Shown: positions 25,567 to 33,627 of the stretch, in pieces
Layout of the letters: every line of letters starts with the position of its first letter
Position numbering within the stretch: position 1 is the first letter of the stretch
Program-made: the position numbers and the translations under genes
The notes under the pieces: model-generated
Databases searched by the model: none
What the model was told of the DNA's origin: nothing
The model's input: only the letters and a program-made list of their open reading frames with translations
Assembly: GCA_012551655.1 (NCBI GenBank)
Contig: GCA_012551655.1_3034.1
Length of the DNA stretch: 33,627 nucleotides
Origin: a phage
Direction: 5' to 3' (one strand)

Positions 25567-25826
25567 TATTTAAAACGGATAGTCGAATCCTTGAAGAATA
25601 GACCAGAACATACGGTTCCTTCTACTTTCTGCCCGGTAGGTCCAATAGCGCGAAATCCAGTATGTTGGAAATCATTTTCAGAGCAACCGAACCAATTGTA
25701 TCCAGTGATTTCAATATTAGTAAAACCGCTTGATGACAAAATTTTGGTTGCATTATCAGCATCAGTACATCCTGCTAAAGACACTGCTAATACTAATGCT
25801 GCGATAGAACGATTAATATATTTCAT
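25566..25826 (-). CDS. Hypothetical small lipoprotein (86 aa)
   Basis: ATG at 25826 gives MKYINRSIAALVLAVSLAGCTDADN...: signal peptide with lipobox LAGC; the track start at 25838 is TTG. Confidence 0.55.
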   Translation of the reverse strand: MKYINRSIAALVLAVSLAGCTDADNATKILSSSGFTNIEITGYNWFGCSENDFQHTGFRAIGPTGQKVEGTVCSGLFFKDSTIRFK

Positions 25827-25830
25827 AATT

Positions 25831-26202
25831 TCACTCAAATTTAATGGCTTGAAGAAGACTAATAATTCTCAAGCGACTTCTTTCATCTTTAACTGTAAAA
25901 GAAAGAGGGTCACCAGATTTCATAGTGATGGTGCATCCAAAATCAAAATCTTCTGTAACTTCTTCGAAGAAGTCAAATTCTTCATCATAAATTAGAACAT
26001 TACTCTGAAAGCTGTGAAGAATTTTTCCATCATTTCCAGATGCTGTACTAATCATTGTAACATTATGACCTTTCATATCTTCAACGATAAATTCGCTTGT
26101 AGATATTACTGCATTAATAGAACCGTTCCTATGAATAGCAGAAAATAGATATTTCTTTTCTTCACCTTCGCGAACACGATATTTCTTACCGATTTTAAAC
26201 AT
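25831..26202 (-). CDS. Hypothetical 123-aa protein
   Basis: ATG at 26202, 2 nt after the upstream stop. Confidence 0.55.
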   Translation of the reverse strand: MFKIGKKYRVREGEEKKYLFSAIHRNGSINAVISTSEFIVEDMKGHNVTMISTASGNDGKILHSFQSNVLIYDEEFDFFEEVTEDFDFGCTITMKSGDPLSFTVKDERSRLRIISLLQAIKFE

Positions 26203-26204
26203 AA

Positions 26205-26381
26205 TTACCCTTTAAGTAAGTCGTAAAATCCACCATTCACATGCTTAGGAGCAGAAGGCCGACGAGTAGACAAACGATGACATTTAGGGCAAACATCATT
26301 TTCTCGTTCAGAAATCTTTTTAATTTTTTCATATTCATGCCCGCAATCTTCGGATTGGCATTTATAATCATACATTGGCAT
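26205..26381 (-). CDS. Hypothetical 58-aa zinc-ribbon protein (two CxxC pairs)
   Basis: MPMYDYKCQSEDCGHEYEKIKKISERENDVCPKCHRLSTRRPSAPKHVNGGFYDLLKG; AAGGAA SD; tightly packed between neighbours; not in the ORF track. Confidence 0.5.
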   Translation of the reverse strand: MPMYDYKCQSEDCGHEYEKIKKISERENDVCPKCHRLSTRRPSAPKHVNGGFYDLLKG

Positions 26382-26383
26382 AA

Positions 26384-26809
26384 TTATTCCTTAAAGTGTG
26401 CTTTCAACATCTGATACAAGGACCATGCCTGTTCATTATTTTCAATAGTAACTTTCATGACCGGGAATTCTGTGAAATCTTCTATTTGTTCTTGCTCTTT
26501 CTCTTCCTGCTCTTGCTCTTCAGCTGCCTGGTATGGATTTTCAACTTCATCAAAGAACCCAGCTTCGCTAGTAGAAAGCCAGATAAAGTTTTCGTCAAGG
26601 ATATCACCATGTGTTGCATATCCAACTGTGCCAGTAGATGTCACAATTTTAGTAGGACGACCAAGATGGTCAACATCTAAAATTTTAAAAGGATGCATAC
26701 CTAAACGGCGCGCATAGATTCCGTTATCAGTATGATCTTTAATAAAATTTTCTTGAGCTTGTTTATTTTTAAATTGATACCATTTATTAACTTCAAATTT
26801 AATAGCCAT
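26384..26809 (-). CDS. Hypothetical 141-aa protein (size and position of T4 goF)
   Basis: 141 aa, acidic [12 protein letters not shown] tract; assignment by size and synteny only. Confidence 0.55.
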   Translation of the reverse strand: MAIKFEVNKWYQFKNKQAQENFIKDHTDNGIYARRLGMHPFKILDVDHLGRPTKIVTSTGTVGYATHGDILDENFIWLSTSEAGFFDEVENPYQAAEEQEQEEKEQEQIEDFTEFPVMKVTIENNEQAWSLYQMLKAHFKE

Positions 26810-27024
26810 TAATAAGTTTCCTTCCAGTAAGTTGTGCCATCTTCAGTAATTTCACGAAATACACCGTAAATTGGTTGTTTATCACCAACCTTTTCATACA
26901 CATAAACCGAAGTCAAGTGAGTAAACTTAACGGTATGTTCTTTTTGAACTACTACCAAATCTGGATCGAATAGTACATCTTCAAATTCGTCATTAGTGCA
27001 ATTCTGAACAATTTTACGTTTCAT
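26809..27024 (-). CDS. Hypothetical 71-aa protein (size and position of T4 cef)
   Basis: 71 aa; stop overlaps downstream ATG by 1 nt; assignment by size and synteny only. Confidence 0.5.
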   Translation of the reverse strand: MKRKIVQNCTNDEFEDVLFDPDLVVVQKEHTVKFTHLTSVYVYEKVGDKQPIYGVFREITEDGTTYWKETY

Positions 27025-27037
27025 TACAATTTCCTCA

Positions 27038-27307
27038 TTAATTGAACAGTGGAGCGATGCGTTTCAGAAGAGTAGCAGCACCTTTAGCGAATTTTACATC
27101 ATGAAAAACAGTTTCTTCTTCCGTTACAACACGAGCTTTAATGTTTTCACAATCCCAATTTTTGCGAACAATCTTCAAAAGCTGCAGTAAATCTTTACAT
27201 TCAGCAATATCGATAACACATCCACGAGAATCTTCCATTATCGCACGATAACCGTAAGCCATACCATAATCATTGAAAGATTGCTCGATGATAATTAAAT
27301 TTTCCAT
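27038..27307 (-). CDS. Hypothetical 89-aa protein
   Basis: Track ORF starts at TTG; ATG at 27307 with GGAGA SD after promoter leader. Confidence 0.55.
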   Translation of the reverse strand: MENLIIIEQSFNDYGMAYGYRAIMEDSRGCVIDIAECKDLLQLLKIVRKNWDCENIKARVVTEEETVFHDVKFAKGAATLLKRIAPLFN

Positions 27308-27331
27308 TTTATTCTCCAAGTTGTTTTCTGT

Positions 27332-27374
27332 ATCAGTAGTTGATATTGATATAGTACCATAATCAACTACTGAT
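27332..27374 (-). promoter_or_regulatory. Early-promoter-like element: -10 TACTAT flanked by a perfect 13-bp inverted repeat (no GTTTAC -35)
   Basis: atcagtagttgat (27332-27344) and atcaactactgat (27362-27374) flank the -10 at 27351-27356; conserved leader present. Confidence 0.4.
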
Positions 27375-27404
27375 GTATATAGTTTTATGAAAAAATTTTA
27401 AACT

Positions 27405-27896
27405 TTATGCATAGCGAGCTTTGCTATAGTGTTTAATCCAACTTTCAGGAATGACTTTGTATGTTCCTAAAAATACCGCGTTGTATAACTTAACGCCATC
27501 TTCTACCCATTGATCAGTAATGTATGCACACATAGCGCGAGTACGGTTAACAACACCTTCCTCACCTTCAGTAAATTCAAACTCATAAGGAGCAACGAAC
27601 TTAATAGCCTGACCGAGTTTCCACTTAAAGTCTACACCTACATGCGAAGTATCAATCGTTTCAATTCCTTTAGCGGGAACAGCTTTCAAAAACGCAGGCT
27701 CAAGAAATTTCCATCGAACATAACCAAACTGAGGTTTAGACATTCCATCTTTAGGAATGATACGCACTTTTACTTCAGAATCTTCATCTTTAACACCATG
27801 TTTAAGCTGAATGCTTACGACTTCAACCAATTTTCCTGCTGCTTTAGAACGGGATTTATCAGATACACGAGCAATTTCACCGATATTAATATTCAT
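27405..27896 (-). CDS. MotB-like protein (163 aa; assignment by size and position)
   Basis: 163 aa vs 162 for T4 MotB, preceded by an early promoter; C-terminal ~40 aa paralogous to the next ORF. Confidence 0.55.
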   Translation of the reverse strand: MNINIGEIARVSDKSRSKAAGKLVEVVSIQLKHGVKDEDSEVKVRIIPKDGMSKPQFGYVRWKFLEPAFLKAVPAKGIETIDTSHVGVDFKWKLGQAIKFVAPYEFEFTEGEEGVVNRTRAMCAYITDQWVEDGVKLYNAVFLGTYKVIPESWIKHYSKARYA

Positions 27897-27940
27897 AATT
27901 ATCTCTCACTTGTTAAAAAGATTTTATACTCCGCAGGACC

Positions 27941-27970
27941 ATTATACTCTGGTCCCAAGAGTTTGTAAAC
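27941..27970 (-). promoter_or_regulatory. T4-type early promoter for the MotB-like gene
   Basis: GTTTAC (27970-27965), 18 bp, TATAAT (27946-27941). Confidence 0.55.
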
Positions 27971-28470
27971 TAGCTTACACGAACATTAATCACTGCGCTG
28001 CGAGGAACTACAGAGTACTCTCCAGCATGAACTACGTTCAGAAGTTCAACACCATCTTCAATCCACTGATCAGTTACCCAACCGCCAATCGGATTCGCGA
28101 ATGGACGACGAATATAAACTGCCTTACACAACAAATCAGTCGGGTCTTCAATTTTTTCAACTGGTGTTACATACATAGAAACTAAATCCATATCAATATG
28201 GGATTTTTCTTGTTCTTCTTTTTCAATTTCTGTCAATAAATTGAAATCTTCTTCATAGATGATGAATGATGATACCCTTCCATAATAGTTTCTAATTTCC
28301 ATGTACACTGTACCAATGAGAATTCCGCTATTAACACTAATAACAGTAAAAGGATATCCGCCAGTTGTACCAAGAAGTTCCCAAAACTTGCTATCAGTCG
28401 TATTCGACATTGTCTGGAAATCAATTTCAGATGGTTTTTTCATTTGATACGTAGTATTAATTTTAATCAT
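27970..28470 (-). CDS. Hypothetical 166-aa protein, C-terminal domain paralogous to the MotB-like ORF
   Basis: ATG with AAAGGAAA SD; C-terminus GWVTDQWIEDGVELLNVVHAGEYSVVP vs YITDQWVEDGVKLYNAVFLGTYKVIP in the neighbour. Confidence 0.55.
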   Translation of the reverse strand: MIKINTTYQMKKPSEIDFQTMSNTTDSKFWELLGTTGGYPFTVISVNSGILIGTVYMEIRNYYGRVSSFIIYEEDFNLLTEIEKEEQEKSHIDMDLVSMYVTPVEKIEDPTDLLCKAVYIRRPFANPIGGWVTDQWIEDGVELLNVVHAGEYSVVPRSAVINVRVS

Positions 28471-28479
28471 AATTTTCCT

Positions 28480-28992
28480 TTAATCTAAGGTAATAAAGCC
28501 TTTTAATTCGGCATGCGATTTGCGAAACATTACTTGATGCCCACCAATGATAACTTGATCATCTGGCACTTCATAAATCGCAATGTACATTCCACGATCT
28601 TTTAAGTCTTCACGCTCTTCTCGAGTAAACCATCTCATTATATCATATTCACTAGCGAAAGCAAAATGATATAATGCAATAAACCACAATGGAATATAAT
28701 TTTCAATTCGTGAATAATCTTTATTCCATTTAGTTTTAATAGCATCATTAGCATTTTCAACTAATAACTTATCATCGTGCGGAATAGGAATACTTTCATG
28801 ACTTTCATAATTATCGCTATGATGATGAAATGACGATGAATTAATACCGCAAAATTTTAGCCAAGTTCGAGTTTTCATAGAATCAAATCCACGATAAGGA
28901 GTTGATTGAACACATAACTCTTGCCTAATTTTCATTATACCACTATCATCATTTAATGCGCTAAACGATGATTCAACACGATAAATTTTCAT
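28480..28992 (-). CDS. Hypothetical 170-aa protein
   Basis: Track ORF 28480..29031 trimmed to ATG at 28992 after SD GAGGA and promoter leader: MKIYRVESSFSALNDDSG... Confidence 0.55.
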   Translation of the reverse strand: MKIYRVESSFSALNDDSGIMKIRQELCVQSTPYRGFDSMKTRTWLKFCGINSSSFHHHSDNYESHESIPIPHDDKLLVENANDAIKTKWNKDYSRIENYIPLWFIALYHFAFASEYDIMRWFTREEREDLKDRGMYIAIYEVPDDQVIIGGHQVMFRKSHAELKGFITLD

Positions 28993-29019
28993 TTTATTAT
29001 CCTCAGTAGCTATGGTGTT

Positions 29020-29049
29020 ATAATACCACAACTGACCGAGGAAGTAAAC
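29020..29049 (-). promoter_or_regulatory. T4-type early promoter
   Basis: GTTTAC (29049-29044), 18 bp, TATTAT (29025-29020). Confidence 0.55.
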
Positions 29050-29055
29050 AACTTT

Positions 29056-29739
29056 TTATCGTTTAGTTGGAAGAGATAGAGGATCGCATTCTTCCTCTGA
29101 TGGAGCGTCTTCTAGACCCATAGCGTATCGCAAAGCATACTTCATCATCAGGATGTCTTTCGCACAGTCATGAATAGAATCATGTGCAACGAATCCATCT
29201 AAAGTTCCCTTTGGAAGAGGACATGTGGTCATATCACGAACAAGCAGAAGTGCTTCAATTCTGGTACGAATATCACGCTGATTCCAGAATTTACACGGTT
29301 CTAACTTAAATGTGTCAAGCTCATTCTCAGAAACACCATTAAGACGTTGAATATCACGAATGAGATCGACTAAAATTGGAAAATCAAACGACATTCCACG
29401 GCACCAGCCTTGAGATTTCCAAGGATCGATATTATGCGCATTGATGTAATCATTAAATTTTGCAATACCATCGATAGTGCTTACATCTTCATCGGATGGT
29501 GCAATATTTTTTCGAGCTTCAGGAGATTGATTCTTCCACCATTCGATAGTGCTTTTAGTAAAAAGACGATGTCCTTTTTGGCTTTTTAAATCAAATTTGA
29601 TTTTAATGCCACGTGAAACTAATTCATCAAACGTTTCAACTACTTCTGGGTTAGGGTCAAAAGCAATTACAGCCAAATCAATAACAGCTGCTTTTTCACC
29701 GCTTCCCATTGTTTCAAAATCTATAATAAAATCAAACAT
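29056..29739 (-). CDS. dexA: Exonuclease A DexA (227 aa), DEDDh 3'-5' exonuclease
   Basis: 227 aa as T4 DexA; DFETMG (Exo I) and H-x4-D in FVAHDSIHDCAKD (Exo III) motifs. Confidence 0.85.
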   Translation of the reverse strand: MFDFIIDFETMGSGEKAAVIDLAVIAFDPNPEVVETFDELVSRGIKIKFDLKSQKGHRLFTKSTIEWWKNQSPEARKNIAPSDEDVSTIDGIAKFNDYINAHNIDPWKSQGWCRGMSFDFPILVDLIRDIQRLNGVSENELDTFKLEPCKFWNQRDIRTRIEALLLVRDMTTCPLPKGTLDGFVAHDSIHDCAKDILMMKYALRYAMGLEDAPSEEECDPLSLPTKR

Positions 29740-29981
29740 TAAATTTTCCTCGCTAAATCACGAATTTGACCTACAGTATAGTCTTGAATATAAACTTTAT
29801 TGATAGGCTCATCAATAAATTTTGCCATAGATTCAATGTCTTTTTGTATTTCTTCAAGACTGTATACTATCTTTAAAGCTTTTTCGCGAATAGTAATATT
29901 TTCAGGACCCTGATTTTCTTCAATGACAGCTTTAACATTTGTCATAAGAGATTTAAATTGGTACCAACTTAATTCAATCAT
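29739..29981 (-). CDS. Hypothetical ~80-aa protein, tandem paralog 1
   Basis: Track ORF 29739..29996; second ATG (29981) has GAGG SD and avoids overlap; MIELSWYQFKSLMTNVKAVIEE...LEEIQKDI...YIQDYTVGQI. Confidence 0.5.
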   Translation of the reverse strand: MIELSWYQFKSLMTNVKAVIEENQGPENITIREKALKIVYSLEEIQKDIESMAKFIDEPINKVYIQDYTVGQIRDLARKI

Positions 29982-30219
29982 TAATAATCGCCTCATAAAG
30001 ATAGCTAATTTCGCCTAAAACATAATCATTAATTGTAACAGTTTTCACTTCACCGCAAAAGAATTCTAACGCAATTAAATCTCGTTCAATTTCTTCTAAT
30101 TGAAGCATCAACTTACTAGATTCAATTTTTACAGTTTCACGATTTTTACCATGAGCAATTTCATAAATTTCGCTAACTTTATCCTGAAGAAGATAAAACT
30201 GATCTTTAGTTATTTCCAC
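29974..30219 (-). CDS. Hypothetical ~81-aa protein, tandem paralog 2 (probable GTG start)
   Basis: No ATG near the 5' end; GTG at 30219 preceded by GAGGAAG; VEITKDQFYLLQDKVSEIYE...LEEIERDL...TINDYVLGEI aligns with paralog 1. Confidence 0.45.
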   Translation of the reverse strand: MEITKDQFYLLQDKVSEIYEIAHGKNRETVKIESSKLMLQLEEIERDLIALEFFCGEVKTVTINDYVLGEISYLYEAIIND

Positions 30220-30466
30220 GAATAGCTTCCTCAAATTTAATCAATAATTTACAGACACTTTCATCTAGTGTAATTACCGTATCTGTATTACTGTGATATG
30301 ATTGTTTTTCAATTCGTTTAATTGCTAATATAGTATCACTTATAAGATAAAGCTTATGAAGGAGCTCAGCTCCTGTTACCATAACATTAAGATTATCTTG
30401 CTTATTAGTATGCTTCCTTATACCATCTATTAGACGATTTAAATATTTTGAATTGATGTTAATCAT
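30206..30466 (-). CDS. Hypothetical 86-aa protein (possibly a distant third paralog)
   Basis: ATG with GAGGA SD, 6 nt after the dda stop. Confidence 0.55.
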   Translation of the reverse strand: MININSKYLNRLIDGIRKHTNKQDNLNVMVTGAELLHKLYLISDTILAIKRIEKQSYHSNTDTVITLDESVCKLLIKFEEAIRGNN

Positions 30467-30472
30467 ATATCC

Positions 30473-31792
30473 TCACACATAAAACACATCATAACGACCA
30501 CGAGTGACACCAACATAAAGAAGCTGCTGAGCTAATTCAGCATCTGCATAATGAATACAAGGCGTATAAATGAAAGCACGGTCTACAGACATACCCTGCG
30601 CTTTATGGAATGTTGATGCAGGAAGTGCTTTCACTTTACTAAACTGTGATTTAGCATCCCAAAAATCGCTCCACGGAGCTTTTCCGCCTTTGTTCCAATT
30701 TTTATAAGTTTCTGCTGTTTTACCTAAAAATAGGTTAAACTTATACAATTCTTCATCAGATGAAATTATTTTAATCTTTTCACGATAATATTCATCATCG
30801 CCATAAGTTTCTACTGTTAAATCCCAATGACGAATTAAGTATTCCCCAGAAACACCACGAGCTTTAACAAACGTTGATGTATACTCTGCTTCTATAATAC
30901 GAACTAATTGTCCGTTATTAAAAATAATTTCTGACACAGGCTTTCCATCAATTTTATATGTTTTAATTAATGGTTCCTGCATTACAATAATTTCACCGAC
31001 AATAAAATCTTTATCAGTTTCAAAAATCTTTTTACGAATGATGTTATTTAACTTGTCAACAGATTTATTCGTAAATGCCATTACGCGATTTTCAAACAAA
31101 TCATCTAGTGATTTTACGATTGAAAAATAATTTACCATAAAATCGCGTAAAGCAGTATCACCAGTAAATCCACGTACTCCATGCCCGTCAACAACTTTGT
31201 CATAAATCCACTTACCGTTGCGAACGTCAGTAGCTACATCAATAATAGGAGCATTACTGCGTTTAACTTCAGTGAGTTCACACTGATAAAAATCTTTATG
31301 TGTAAAGAATGGACTGATATAAGCAGTATTTTCTCCTGGGTCAACAGGTCTAATTTGCTTATTATCACCTATTCCAATTATAGTACACCACGGCGGGATA
31401 GTTGAAAGCAGAATTTTAAATAGCTTTCTATCATACATTGACACTTCATCGCAGATTAATACCCTGCATTTAGCTAAATCTGGTACTTCCTTCTGCTCAA
31501 AAAGAACGTTTTCTTCATATGTTACTGGGTTAATTTTAAGAATACTATGAATAGTACTTGCTTCTTTCCCTGATAGTTTTGAAAGAATCTTTTTAGCTGC
31601 ATGAGTAGGAGCTGCTAAAATAATACCAGTTTCACCCGTAGATATTAAAGCTTCAATGATGAATTTGGTAAGAGTAGTCTTACCGGTGCCAGCAGGTCCA
31701 TTAATAGTTACATGATGTTTCTTTTCTTTAATAGCCTTCATAACAATGTTAAAGGCATTTTTCTGGCCTTCGGTCAAATCATCAAATGTCAT
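30473..31792 (-). CDS. dda: Dda DNA helicase (439 aa, SF1)
   Basis: 439 aa as T4 Dda; Walker A GPAGTGKTT; MTFDDLTEGQKNAFNIVMKAIKEKKHHVTINGPAGTGKT... Confidence 0.9.
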   Translation of the reverse strand: MTFDDLTEGQKNAFNIVMKAIKEKKHHVTINGPAGTGKTTLTKFIIEALISTGETGIILAAPTHAAKKILSKLSGKEASTIHSILKINPVTYEENVLFEQKEVPDLAKCRVLICDEVSMYDRKLFKILLSTIPPWCTIIGIGDNKQIRPVDPGENTAYISPFFTHKDFYQCELTEVKRSNAPIIDVATDVRNGKWIYDKVVDGHGVRGFTGDTALRDFMVNYFSIVKSLDDLFENRVMAFTNKSVDKLNNIIRKKIFETDKDFIVGEIIVMQEPLIKTYKIDGKPVSEIIFNNGQLVRIIEAEYTSTFVKARGVSGEYLIRHWDLTVETYGDDEYYREKIKIISSDEELYKFNLFLGKTAETYKNWNKGGKAPWSDFWDAKSQFSKVKALPASTFHKAQGMSVDRAFIYTPCIHYADAELAQQLLYVGVTRGRYDVFYV

Positions 31793-32100
31793 CGTAAATT
31801 CCCTGCAATTGGTATACTAACAATACGCCCAGTATCTAAAATTCGCTGATATAATCTTTGTGTGTCTACGTCAGGCTTAACATGTTTAACTTCTATTTTA
31901 TTAAACCAAAACTTACGTGGAGTCTCAACTAATCTTGGAATTCCCTTACCTAAAGCTAGTCGATACTGTTCTTTAAGAGTAGTAAATACTTTATCAGCAA
32001 TCTTCCATTCAAAAAATACAGCAGGACGATGTTCATCAAGCGGAACTGGCGCCGTAAATCCGTCTTTGTCTCGGTAAACTATCGCATATACATAAACCAT
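31789..32100 (-). CDS. Hypothetical 103-aa protein between srd and dda
   Basis: ATG 1 nt after the srd stop; 3' end overlaps the dda start by 4 nt. Confidence 0.55.
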   Translation of the reverse strand: MVYVYAIVYRDKDGFTAPVPLDEHRPAVFFEWKIADKVFTTLKEQYRLALGKGIPRLVETPRKFWFNKIEVKHVKPDVDTQRLYQRILDTGRIVSIPIAGNLR

Positions 32101-32101
32101 A

Positions 32102-32848
32102 TTATCCTCGGATAAGTTTAAAAATTGAACAATTTAGCGGGTATCCTCTTTTCAGTTTAAGTTTATCAATAAAAGACAAGTTTTGATACCGCTCTACACC
32201 TTGAATAATTTTATCACACATATCATATTGCATTTCTGCTTCTGACAACTTTTTCACAATTTTCCAATCCGAGCCTTTAAGAAGAACGTTCAGTTTAACA
32301 ACTTCAGCGCCTTCTGCTATGCGAGAACCATCAATACGAGCTTTAAGTGCTATAATCCTTAGCTTAATGTCAGAGGTCTGTTTTGATTTAGAAAGCTGAG
32401 AAATGTGTTCAATTCGATTTTCACGTTTTTTCTGTATAGCTTTAATTTGATTATAAGTCTTTTTGATTTTAGCCCATTTCTTTTCATCTAAATTTAGTTT
32501 ATGAACTTTTTTCGCAGATGAACGACCAATTCGCAAAGCAAATAAATCCCGTTTTTCAATTAACTCCTCTAAAGTATAATCAGAACGAAATGTATTATAC
32601 TTTTTCTTTACTGCAATAACATTCCCTTTAATGTATCCAACGTTATTATCAAAACGTTCTAATGATAATTTCTCTCCTTCAATACGATTATCAAAAGGTT
32701 CTCCCGAGTAAGCACAAACTTTTTGATCTAAAATGTTCTTAATGTAATTGAAGTCTAAGTTAAAATCTTTAGAACGTCTTTTTGCAGATGCCTGAGTATG
32801 CTCTAAACGACGTTTAATTTTACGAATTTGGTTATTAGACAGCTTCAT
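32102..32848 (-). CDS. Srd-like protein (248 aa; assignment by size and position)
   Basis: Basic 248-aa ORF upstream of dda with its own early promoter, as for T4 srd; sequence not independently recognised. Confidence 0.5.
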   Translation of the reverse strand: MKLSNNQIRKIKRRLEHTQASAKRRSKDFNLDFNYIKNILDQKVCAYSGEPFDNRIEGEKLSLERFDNNVGYIKGNVIAVKKKYNTFRSDYTLEELIEKRDLFALRIGRSSAKKVHKLNLDEKKWAKIKKTYNQIKAIQKKRENRIEHISQLSKSKQTSDIKLRIIALKARIDGSRIAEGAEVVKLNVLLKGSDWKIVKKLSEAEMQYDMCDKIIQGVERYQNLSFIDKLKLKRGYPLNCSIFKLIRG

Positions 32849-32884
32849 ATTTTTCTCACATCTTACGGACGGTTAACTACTTAT

Positions 32885-32914
32885 ACTATAACATTTTTAC
32901 TTCAGCTTGTAAAC
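32885..32914 (-). promoter_or_regulatory. T4-type early promoter for the srd-dda-dexA transcription unit
   Basis: GTTTAC (32914-32909), 18 bp, TATAGT (32890-32885). Confidence 0.5.
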
Positions 32915-32971
32915 AACTTTATGTAAAAATGCTTTAAAAATTTCATGGTATAATGAATCTAAGTCCTTCCA

Positions 32972-33574
32972 TTATAGATTAAATCCTTCAAAATCAAGAG
33001 TATAGATAGTGTATGTTGAATACTTTTTGTACTCATATCTATCTGCAATTCTAAATACACTTCCAGCTGGTATCATTACTTCTTGTTCATCTGAAACTAA
33101 TTCCATATTACGATAACGATGGCTATCCGGAAACTTAAAGTTTGGATTGTATTCTTTACAGCGCAGAGCTTTTATAGCATACTCCTGGAAATTGAATACC
33201 ATAGGAGCTTTGAATTCAAAAATAACTTGTGTGTTATACTCTAAACCAGAAGCAAAATGTAGAGCTATATTTTTATCATATGAAGCTGATACGACTTTAT
33301 CAAATGTAATAATATCAATTCCTTGATTTAACACCTGCTTAGTCTCAGCTGGAACACCTCTCCAAAGAGGTTTATCGTTTGGAACCAAACGAGATTTGAT
33401 TATTTCATTTAACCAAGTATGGTCATCTGGCTTATTAGTAATACAATGAATTAAAAGTTCAATTTCAGATAAATTAAACCCTTCAGAAAGTAATTCTTCA
33501 CGAATAGAAGCACGCACCGATGCATCCATTGATTTTATTTTAAAATCTTTTAGTTGCATTACTGAGTATTTCAT
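32972..33574 (-). CDS. ADP-ribosyltransferase of the ModA/ModB family (200 aa)
   Basis: 200 aa; candidate R (LWRGV), S-x-S (VSASY) and E-x-E-like (DEQEV) residues in the expected order; position next to srd as T4 modB/modA. Which of the two it is cannot be decided. Confidence 0.55.
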   Translation of the reverse strand: MKYSVMQLKDFKIKSMDASVRASIREELLSEGFNLSEIELLIHCITNKPDDHTWLNEIIKSRLVPNDKPLWRGVPAETKQVLNQGIDIITFDKVVSASYDKNIALHFASGLEYNTQVIFEFKAPMVFNFQEYAIKALRCKEYNPNFKFPDSHRYRNMELVSDEQEVMIPAGSVFRIADRYEYKKYSTYTIYTLDFEGFNL

Positions 33575-33627
33575 TCAACTACCTCAATATCATAAACTTT
33601 AAATGTTCCAAATGAATCGTGTAATTT
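33571..33627 (-). CDS. 3' end (18 codons) of an upstream minus-strand gene, probably the second mod-family gene
   Basis: Open frame ...KLHDSFGTFKVYDIEVVE* whose TGA overlaps the ATG at 33574 (ATGA). Confidence 0.4.
   Translation of the reverse strand, partial: KLHDSFGTFKVYDIEVVE

Noticed and set aside
25429-25995. 188-aa plus-strand ORF spanning the 39 start, hairpin and lipoprotein gene; likewise 27510..27968, 27811..28185, 26396..26717, 29549..29803
   Set aside because: Crosses minus-strand promoters, hairpins and several better-supported minus-strand genes; no start signal.
1-33627. tRNA genes, CRISPR arrays, introns, transposase or integrase genes
   Set aside because: No cloverleaf-like GC-rich ~75-nt segments, no regularly spaced direct repeats, no recombinase or endonuclease motifs noticed; the window is tightly packed with phage genes.

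Overview
This window is a contiguous segment of a T-even (T4-like, Tequatrovirus-type) phage genome. The calls rest on my recall of T4 protein sequences, sizes and gene order, not on any database search. Left to right: 59 (partial), 33, dsbA and rnh on the minus strand; the long-tail-fiber and lysis module 34-35-36-37-38-t on the plus strand with late promoters (TATAAATA) before 34, 36 and t; then a long minus-strand early region asiA, arn, small ORFs, motA, 52, ac-like ORFs, stp, ndd, a chain of micro-ORFs, denB, rIIB, rIIA, rIIA.1, an unsplit topoisomerase gene 39, small ORFs, a MotB-like pair, dexA, three small ORFs, dda, srd and an ADP-ribosyltransferase. The minus-strand region carries many copies of a T4-type early promoter (GTTTAC, 18 bp, TAtAaT-like -10) with a conserved leader, and UUCG-loop hairpins at gene junctions. 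Differences from T4 itself: gp38 is the T2/T6-type glycine-rich adhesin (259 aa), gp37 ends in a chaperone-like domain, and gene 39 is one uninterrupted ORF (no gene 60 split). I found no tRNA, CRISPR array, intron or homing-endonuclease gene. I cannot show that anything here is undescribed; the best candidates for uncharacterised function are the small-ORF clusters (ac/stp region, ndd-denB micro-ORFs, arn-motA ORFs, tandem paralogs between dexA and dda, the MotB-like paralog pair).
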